From Longimicrobiales bacterium (GTDB taxonomy: Bacteria > Gemmatimonadota > Gemmatimonadetes > Longimicrobiales > Gaopeijiaceae): a DNA stretch of 64,000 bases. Below the pieces are notes generated by a model, which ran no database searches, was not told the origin of the DNA, and saw nothing but the letters and a program-made list of their open reading frames with translations. Within the stretch, counting starts at the first letter, position 1. Each line of letters begins with the position of its first letter. Where the stretch lies: positions 1,312,001 to 1,376,000 of the forward strand of contig CBDBCF010000001.1 in assembly GCA_965202985.1 (NCBI GenBank). Direction: 5' to 3'. A program made the position numbers and the translations under genes. Positions 57,309-64,000 of the stretch are shown piece by piece.

Positions 57309-57992
57309 CTAGGGCGCGCGTTCCCAGCGAACCACGTCGATCTGGTCGGCGCCTCCGCACGGGCTGGACTCGGTCACCGTCCCTTCCACCGTCACTTGGT
57401 CGCCGGGCTTCAAGTCGCGCAGGCCCGCCAAGGCGCCCGCCAAGGCGTACATGTACTGGTCGGCGTCGCGCAGGGTTAGGCACGGCAAGCCCTCGTCGGT
57501 GATCCGCCCCGTGCGCCGAACCAAGCCCATCTCGTTGGTGACGTGGAAGGGATCCGAGATGCCGATCGGGCTGAAGACGCCGTTGAAGACGATGAACACG
57601 ATGGGGCGCTCCCACGTCGCGTAGCGCGGGATGCGCACGGTGGCCGACACCTCGCCCCATATCTCCTGCGTGGCCTCGGCCAGCGCCTCGAAGCCGGCCC
57701 GCATGGCGCCCACCCCGACGTGAATCTTGGCTTGGGGCGGCAGGTTCTCGGTGTAGATCTCCACCTCCGTGCCCGGTGGGCCGCTTCGGGGCACGACCGA
57801 CTGGATGTGGCGCAACGAGTCGACGGTGGCGTAGCGGCGCTGGCCTTGGGCGTCCTGGGCGGCAGCTGCGATGCAAGCCGCCACGACGGCCGCGAGCACA
57901 TTTGCGCTTCGAGGCGTCCACGGGCGGCGCGTGCGGGAAGGCGCAGCAGGTACGACGACGGCACGGGCCGAGTTCGTGCTGGGCTGGATCAT
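57309..57992 (-). CDS. Hypothetical secreted protein (Ig-like domain + small OB-like C-terminus)
   Basis: Hydrophobic signal segment; PRSGPPGTEV; C-terminal EG..C..L...Y.L.G....L..GD.V.V.G....S.C. Confidence 0.65.
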   Translation of the reverse strand: MIQPSTNSARAVVVPAAPSRTRRPWTPRSANVLAAVVAACIAAAAQDAQGQRRYATVDSLRHIQSVVPRSGPPGTEVEIYTENLPPQAKIHVGVGAMRAGFEALAEATQEIWGEVSATVRIPRYATWERPIVFIVFNGVFSPIGISDPFHVTNEMGLVRRTGRITDEGLPCLTLRDADQYMYALAGALAGLRDLKPGDQVTVEGTVTESSPCGGADQIDVVRWERAP

Positions 57993-58155
57993 CGGGGGGA
58001 CCTCGTCGGCTGGGGTTGGGAGGCCCATAGTGGGCTGGACGGCGCGGACGGGCCAGTGGTCGGACGAATCGGGACGCCGAGCGCTTGGTTGCGGGTTCAC
58101 GGTCGAAGTGCGAAAATGGACGCCGCCTGTGCGCCGCAAAGAAGAGGAACGACAA

Positions 58156-60681
58156 GTGCGAATAGACGACTATTGCAAGCTCGCCGCAGTCCTGTGCCTC
58201 GCTGGAACTCTGGCCAGCTGCGCGCCCGAATCGCCCTCGTCCGGCGCCCTGGGCTCGGGCGCGGTGGCGCCTCGCGAAGGCTACGGGGAAGTGGCCGGGC
58301 GCTTGGGCGCCGTGATCGAGCGCGAGCGCGAACAGAAGGACTTGGCCGCCGTCTCGATTGCGCTGGTGGACGGCGAGGGCGTCGTCTGGGCCGCCGGCTT
58401 CGGCGAGGAGTCGCCGGGAGTTCCCGCCACGGCCGAGACCGTCTATCGGGTCGGCTCGGTGTCGAAGCTGTTCACGGACATCGCCATCATGCAGCTGGCG
58501 GAGGCGGGCGAACTGGACATCGACGCGCCCGTGCGCCGCTACTTGCCCGAGTTTGCGCCGGCGGGCGTCGGGGATGCGCCGATCACGCTGCGCCAGCTCA
58601 TGTCGCACCGTTCCGGCTTGGTCCGAGAGCCGCCTGCCGGGCACTACTTCGACGACTCGGGCGCGACGCTTGCAGCCACGGTGGCCAGCTTGTCCGGCGT
58701 GCCGCTGGTCTACGAGCCCGGAACTCGCACCAAGTACTCCAACGCCGGCGTTGCCGTGGCCGGCTACGTGCTGGAGGCGACCCAAGGCGAACCCTTCGCC
58801 CAGTACGTCAAGCACGCCCTGCTGCAGCCGCTGGGAATGGACAACACGGCCTTCGCCCCCGACCCGATGGTCGTGGCCAAGCTGGCGCGGGCGTACATGT
58901 GGGGCTTCGACCGGGACCGGTTCGACGCGCCGCAGTTCGAGCTGGGGATGGCCCCCGCGGGCAGCATGTATTCGACCGTCCTGGACTTGGCGCGCTTCAT
59001 GGACGCCATGTTCCGCCGGGGCCAAGGCGAGAACGCGCCCATCCTGGAAGCCGAGACGCTGGAATCCATGTGGGAGCCGCAGGAAGAGACCGGCTACGGC
59101 CTGGGCTTTCGCTTGACTGAGCGCTTCGGCGAGCGATGGCTTGGGCACGGCGGGGCCATCTACGGCTTCTCCACGCAGCTGGCGTTCCTGCCCGACGCGG
59201 GGCTGGGCGTCGTGGTGGTGTCGGCGGTGGACGGCACCAACACGGTCGCGAGCCGGGTGGCGGATGCCGCCCTTGCGCTCATGTTGGCGGTGCGCGCAGG
59301 AGACGCCCTTCCCGAGCAGCCATTGCGCGGCACGGAACCCTTGGACCCGGTGGCGGCTCTCGATCTCGAAGGCGTGTACGGCGCCGGCGCCCACGCTCTT
59401 GAGCTGGACGAACGCAACGGCCGGCTCTTCTTGACGCCCGCCCGAGGCGGCTTCACCGTGGAGGTGCGTATGCAGGGCGGCGGAGCGGGCGACAGCTCGG
59501 ACGGCGACGCCTCCGACAGCGCCCCCCGCGACACCTTGGTCGTGGACGACCGGCTGGCGTTCGGCGCGCGCTTCCTGCCGGCCGACGAGGGGCTGGTCGT
59601 GCTGGACGACGGCGGGTTGCTGGGCCTGGGTTCGGGCGGCAGGGCGGCAACCGGCGACTCGGCTGGAAGCAGCGACGGCGGCCAGTCCCCGCTGGTCCTG
59701 TCGCGCCAGTCCCCTCGGGGACTCCCGCCCGCGCCTCCCGACCATTGGACGGGCCTCGTGGGCGAGTACGGCTGGGACCACAACGTCTTGTACATCTTGG
59801 AACGGGCCGGCCGGCTCCATGCGCTGATCGAGTGGTTCTTCCTGTATCCGCTCGAAGAGCTGTCGCCGGACGTCTATGCCTTTCCGGAAGACTGGGGACT
59901 GTACCACGGCGAGCGACTGGTCTTTGCCCGGGACGCCGACGGCAGAGCCGCGTCGGTAGAGGCGGCTTCGGTGGTCTTCCCACGCCGCGAAGTGGGGACC
60001 GAGGCGGGCGGCACCTTCCGGATCGAACCCGTGCGTCCGGTGGAGGCGTTGCGAGCCGAGGCGCTGGCCGCGTCGCCGCCCGAGGAGGAGGGGCAGCGAT
60101 TCCGGGATTCGGAGCTGGTCGAGGTGGCGGAGTTGGAGCCGGGGATTCGCTTGGACGTGCGCTACGCGACGACCAACAACTTCATGTCGTCCGTCTTCTA
60201 CGACGAGCCGCGGGTCTTTCTCCAGAGTCCGGCGGCGGAGGCCGTGGTCCGCGCCCATCGGGCCCTTGCGCCGCACGGCTACGGACTTCTCCTTCACGAC
60301 GGCTACCGGCCCTGGTACGTGACCAAGATGTTCTGGGACGCCACGCCCGAATCCCAGAAGCTGTTCGTGGCCAACCCGGCCAACGGCTCTCGGCACAATC
60401 GAGGCTCGGCGATCGACCTCAACTTGTACGATTTGGCCACGGGCGACCCCGTCGAGATGGTGGGCGGCTACGACGAGTTCTCGCCCCGCTCGTTCCCAGA
60501 CTACCCGGGCGGCACGTCCCGGCAACGATGGCTGCGCGAGCTCCTTCGGCGCGCCATGGAGGCGCAAGGGTTCACGGTCTACGAAGCCGAGTGGTGGCAC
60601 TTCGACCACGAGGACTGGCGTCGGTACGCCATACAAAACGCCACCTTCGACCAGCTGGCGGGCCAACCGACGAGCCGCTGA
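58156..60681 (+). CDS. Serine hydrolase (beta-lactamase fold) fused to VanX-type D-Ala-D-Ala dipeptidase; lipoprotein
   Basis: Lipobox LASC; SVSK, YSN and HGG; C-terminal M15D motifs YAT.NNF, DGYRP, SRHNRG.AIDL and EWWHF. Confidence 0.88.
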   Translation: MRIDDYCKLAAVLCLAGTLASCAPESPSSGALGSGAVAPREGYGEVAGRLGAVIEREREQKDLAAVSIALVDGEGVVWAAGFGEESPGVPATAETVYRVGSVSKLFTDIAIMQLAEAGELDIDAPVRRYLPEFAPAGVGDAPITLRQLMSHRSGLVREPPAGHYFDDSGATLAATVASLSGVPLVYEPGTRTKYSNAGVAVAGYVLEATQGEPFAQYVKHALLQPLGMDNTAFAPDPMVVAKLARAYMWGFDRDRFDAPQFELGMAPAGSMYSTVLDLARFMDAMFRRGQGENAPILEAETLESMWEPQEETGYGLGFRLTERFGERWLGHGGAIYGFSTQLAFLPDAGLGVVVVSAVDGTNTVASRVADAALALMLAVRAGDALPEQPLRGTEPLDPVAALDLEGVYGAGAHALELDERNGRLFLTPARGGFTVEVRMQGGGAGDSSDGDASDSAPRDTLVVDDRLAFGARFLPADEGLVVLDDGGLLGLGSGGRAATGDSAGSSDGGQSPLVLSRQSPRGLPPAPPDHWTGLVGEYGWDHNVLYILERAGRLHALIEWFFLYPLEELSPDVYAFPEDWGLYHGERLVFARDADGRAASVEAASVVFPRREVGTEAGGTFRIEPVRPVEALRAEALAASPPEEEGQRFRDSELVEVAELEPGIRLDVRYATTNNFMSSVFYDEPRVFLQSPAAEAVVRAHRALAPHGYGLLLHDGYRPWYVTKMFWDATPESQKLFVANPANGSRHNRGSAIDLNLYDLATGDPVEMVGGYDEFSPRSFPDYPGGTSRQRWLRELLRRAMEAQGFTVYEAEWWHFDHEDWRRYAIQNATFDQLAGQPTSR

Positions 60682-60686
60682 CCTCC

Positions 60687-61628
60687 TTGCGCTCGCGCAA
60701 CTCGGCGGCCGCGAACGCGGGCCTGCTTCTGGTCGTCCTCATCTGGGGCTTCAACTTCCCCATCATGAAAGCGGCGCTGGACCACGTGCCTCCGCTGGCC
60801 TTCAACGCGCTCCGCTTTCCGTTGGCGGCGGCCACGCTGGCGGTCGTGCTGCGTCTGCAAGGCCGGCGTCTTGTGCCGCGCCGCAGAGACTGGGGCAAGG
60901 TCGCGGCGCTGGGCGCATTGGGGCACGTGGTCTTCCAGGTTTGCTTCGTCTTCTCTCTTGACCTGACGCTGACCGGCAATGCAGCGCTGCTGCTGGCCAC
61001 TTCGCCGGTGTGGGTCGTACTGCTGGGGACGGCGATGGGCCGCGAGCGCTTCAATCCGTGGGCGCTGTGGGGCTCCTTGATCACGTTGGCGGGCATGGCG
61101 CTGCTGATCGCCGGGGGCGACAGGGGCGAGTCGAGCGGGGCCGGGGCCGGCGGGAGCGGCGGCAACCTCTACGGCGACCTGCTCATGGTGGGCGCGGCCG
61201 TGAGCTGGGCGCTCTACACCGTGCTGGGGAGGCGGGCGGTCAAGCGTCACGGGGCCTTGGAGGTGACGGGCTGGGCCATGTGGGCGGGGGCGCCGCTGGT
61301 CGTGGCGGCGGGTGTGCCCGATCTGTGGCGAGTCGGCTTGGGGTCGATCGGCCTGGTCGCCTGGGGAGCTGCCGCGTACGCCGGCGTGCTGGCCGTGGCC
61401 GTGGCGTACTTCCTGTGGTATCGGGCGGTGGGCGCCATCGGCCAAAGTCGCACCGCCGTCTACCAGAACTTGGTGCCCGTAGTGGCCCTGGGGGCGGCGT
61501 GGCTATGGCTGAACGAGACGCCCGGGGCCGCGCAATGGGCGGGCGCGACGGTGATCTTGGCCGGCCTGCTGGTGGCGCGCCGGGAGCGGCGCCGGGAGCG
61601 CGCGCGGCGCGTCCCTTCCCAGGGGTAG
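60687..61628 (+). CDS. DMT/EamA family transporter
   Basis: IWG.NF, GDLL, WALYTV and NLVPV; about 10 TM helices; start uncertain. Confidence 0.88.
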   Translation: MRSRNSAAANAGLLLVVLIWGFNFPIMKAALDHVPPLAFNALRFPLAAATLAVVLRLQGRRLVPRRRDWGKVAALGALGHVVFQVCFVFSLDLTLTGNAALLLATSPVWVVLLGTAMGRERFNPWALWGSLITLAGMALLIAGGDRGESSGAGAGGSGGNLYGDLLMVGAAVSWALYTVLGRRAVKRHGALEVTGWAMWAGAPLVVAAGVPDLWRVGLGSIGLVAWGAAAYAGVLAVAVAYFLWYRAVGAIGQSRTAVYQNLVPVVALGAAWLWLNETPGAAQWAGATVILAGLLVARRERRRERARRVPSQG

Positions 61629-61970
61629 CCACACCCCTTCCCAATAGCATTACATTTTCGCGTTCCACAATCTGCACGGTCCGCGGACCAGCGTCTCCGC
61701 TCCCGCCAACAGGTCGACCGGTCGCCACGGCCAGTCGGTCGTCTCCCGCCCCACTTCAAGCAGGGAAATCTCTCTGCTCTTCACGGCCTCCGCCTCCTGC
61801 GGAAGCCGGCACTTTTCCCCGGTCTTGGAACCCTCCGTCCGCGGCTGCCTTGCGCACCGCCGGCGAGCCCTCCAAGGCCGGCGTGCACAGCCGATCGCCA
61901 AGACGCATCTGCAAGCCACCGGTGCACCCGCAAGCCACTCGTGCACCCATAGATCAAGGAAGAAGACGCC

Positions 61971-62969
61971 ATGTCGAACACTCACGCGAGGACCCCCGCG
62001 CACTACCCCCGCCCCCGGCTCGCCCCTGGCCAGAGCGCCTGGACGATCGACGCGGGCCTGATCCTGATCGCCGTCATCTGGGGGCTCAACTTCCCGCTGG
62101 TAAAGATCGCCCTGCGGGAGATGGAGCCGCTGGTCGTGAACGCGATCCGCTACCCGTTGGCGGCGCTGACGGTGACGCTGCTGCTGCGGATGCAAGGGCG
62201 CAGGCTGGCGCCCCGCCGTCGGCACTGGCCCCGAGTGCTGTTCCTGGGGCTGATCGGCCACGTGATCTATCAGGTCCTCTTCATCTACGCGCTGGACTGG
62301 ACGTTGACGGGAAACGCCGCGCTCATCCTGGCCACGGCGCCGGTGTGGATCGTGTTCCTGTCGACGGTCATGGGGAAGGAGCGGTACAGCCCGCCGGTGC
62401 TCTACGGGGCGCTGACCACGCTCGCCGGCATGGTGCTCCTGATCGCCAACGGCTCCGCGAGCTTGGGCGCCAGCATGCGCGGCGACTTGCTGATGGTCGT
62501 GGCCACGATCTTCTGGTCGCTCTACACGGTGCTCGCGCGGCGCGCGATTAAGCGACACGGCGCCTTGGAGGTGACCGGCTGGTCGCTGTGGGCGGCCACG
62601 CCGTTCGTGTTCGCGGCCGGCGTTCCCGGCATGGTGCGGGGCGACTTGGCCGGCGTGTCGGTCAGCAGCTGGATGGCCGTAGTGTACGCGGGCGTGCTGA
62701 CGGTGGCGATCGGGTATTTCGTTTGGTACCGGGCGGTGGGCGTGCTGGGCCAGAGCCGCACGTCGGTCTACGCGAACCTGGTCCCGGTGATCACGCTGCT
62801 GGCGGCCTGGGCGTGGCTGGGCGAAACGCCGACGGCGGCGCAGCTGGTGGGCACCGGGGTGATCCTGGCCGGCCTGGTCGTGGCGCGCCGGGGGCCCAAG
62901 ATGCGAGCGGGCGACCGGATGCGGGCGCAGGGGCTCGGGCAGCGGCCCCTTCAGCCTACCGGTCGGTGA
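61971..62969 (+). CDS. DMT/EamA family transporter (tandem paralog)
   Basis: Same motifs; clearly homologous to the 60687-61628 protein. Confidence 0.9.
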   Translation: MSNTHARTPAHYPRPRLAPGQSAWTIDAGLILIAVIWGLNFPLVKIALREMEPLVVNAIRYPLAALTVTLLLRMQGRRLAPRRRHWPRVLFLGLIGHVIYQVLFIYALDWTLTGNAALILATAPVWIVFLSTVMGKERYSPPVLYGALTTLAGMVLLIANGSASLGASMRGDLLMVVATIFWSLYTVLARRAIKRHGALEVTGWSLWAATPFVFAAGVPGMVRGDLAGVSVSSWMAVVYAGVLTVAIGYFVWYRAVGVLGQSRTSVYANLVPVITLLAAWAWLGETPTAAQLVGTGVILAGLVVARRGPKMRAGDRMRAQGLGQRPLQPTGR

Positions 62970-64000
62970 CGATCAGCATCCCCCTTGCCTGCAACATGCG
63001 GTTCAGGTCGGCCACTTCGCTCTCCATGAGCGCGTCCAGGGCGGAAAGGTGCTCGCGCAGCATGTCGCGCAGTCGGACCTTCACTTCCAGCTCTTGGTCG
63101 GTAGGGGGGAAGTCCGCGACGGAGATGCCGCCGGTCAGGTAGCCCAGCTTCTGCAGAAGCTTGGCCTCGAAGCGGACGCCGTCCTGTCCCTGTCCCGTGA
63201 GGCGCAGGTCCACCATCTCCATCTGCAGGTCGACCATGCGGCCGTCCAGCGCGGCGATCGCGTCGGCCAGCGCCTGGTCGTCCGCGAAGCGCGCCAAGGT
63301 GGCCAACTGCACGCGCACCGCCTCCACGCGATCCACCGCCATGCCGGCTTCCACGAAATCGGCGCGCACGTCGCGCAGGAACGCCACCTGGGCCGCGATG
63401 TCGGCTTCGCTGCCCGCCGAGTGCGGGTCCTTGATCACGGTCAGGGGCTGTTCGTGGACGGCGTCGCCGACGGTCAGGCGGACGGTGTAGCGACCCGGCG
63501 GCATGAGGATCGCGATCTGCCGAGAGCCGGGGGCAGGGCGTCCTTCGCTGCCGACTGCGATGTGGTCGGCGTAGAGGGGGCTCGTCAATAGCTGGACGGG
63601 CTCGTTAGGCTCGTCGCGGAGGTTCCAGTGCACGCGGTTGACCCCAGGCTGGCCGGGGGCCTCCAACGTGCGCACCACCGCGCCTGCGGCGTCCACGATC
63701 TCGACTAAGGGCGCGGCCTCCTGGTCTTCCGAGCCCTCCGCGGCGGCAGGTGCCAGCCAGTAGTTGATCGACGCGCCGTACTCGGGATCGCGTCCTTCGG
63801 TGGGGTCGCTGTAGGGCACCGACGGCGGCGTGATCGGCCGGAAGCGGTAGGCGTCGCGGGGCGCGAACAAGTGGGACGCGGACGCCACGACTTCGGCCGT
63901 GGCCTGCTGCAACGGCGACAAGTCGTCCAGAATCCAGAAGCCGCGACCGTACGTGCCCACGACCAGGTCGTTGAAGTGTTCTTGGACGACGATCCCCGAC
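62956..64000 (-). CDS. C-terminal part of a BNR/VPS10-like glycosyl hydrolase-family protein (5'-truncated by window edge)
   Basis: NDLVVGTYGRGFWILDD, GA.INY, GVNRV.WNLR, PG.YTVRL and DP followed by a helical tail. Confidence 0.8.
   Translation of the reverse strand, partial: SGIVVQEHFNDLVVGTYGRGFWILDDLSPLQQATAEVVASASHLFAPRDAYRFRPITPPSVPYSDPTEGRDPEYGASINYWLAPAAAEGSEDQEAAPLVEIVDAAGAVVRTLEAPGQPGVNRVHWNLRDEPNEPVQLLTSPLYADHIAVGSEGRPAPGSRQIAILMPPGRYTVRLTVGDAVHEQPLTVIKDPHSAGSEADIAAQVAFLRDVRADFVEAGMAVDRVEAVRVQLATLARFADDQALADAIAALDGRMVDLQMEMVDLRLTGQGQDGVRFEAKLLQKLGYLTGGISVADFPPTDQELEVKVRLRDMLREHLSALDALMESEVADLNRMLQARGMLIVTDR

Noticed and set aside
60000..60681. vanX as a vancomycin resistance locus
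   Set aside because: There are no vanH/vanA/vanRS genes, and the domain is fused in an exported lipoprotein.

Overview
High-GC bacterial chromosomal segment with about 50 densely packed genes. Gene content suggests Gemmatimonadota, possibly a sponge or marine symbiont lineage (inference only): two short RpoD-like sigma factors lacking region 1.1, DUF2723, many secreted hydrolases and a 6-bladed beta-propeller. The housekeeping backbone is sat-cysC, pckA, ssb, polA, csp, rsgA, mutY and ETF-QO. It is interleaved with many secreted peptidases/amidases and several accessory modules. (i) A tightly linked amidohydrolase / Stf3-like sulfotransferase / GPP34(GOLPH3)-cytochrome P450 fusion operon recalls the mycobacterial cyp128-stf3 hydroxylate-then-sulfate pathway and is the best candidate for an undescribed system. 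(ii) An orphan RRE(PqqD) / HPr-kinase-like / sulfotransferase RiPP-tailoring cassette has no precursor or cyclase and has degenerate active sites. (iii) An ETF-QO with only three cluster cysteines is translationally coupled to a double-CDGSH protein. (iv) An mmsA / class-III aminotransferase / 38-aa membrane peptide / SSS transporter operon. (v) An RHH-MNT/HEPN toxin-antitoxin pair, a decayed low-GC Xre/MbcA-type antitoxin and an IS5 scar. (vi) Two membrane-anchored tandem-repeat coiled-coil proteins. A shared motif upstream of ssb and a UvrC-like gene may be an SOS box. No rRNA, tRNA or CRISPR array was recognised. All family assignments come from motif recognition by eye, not database searches.
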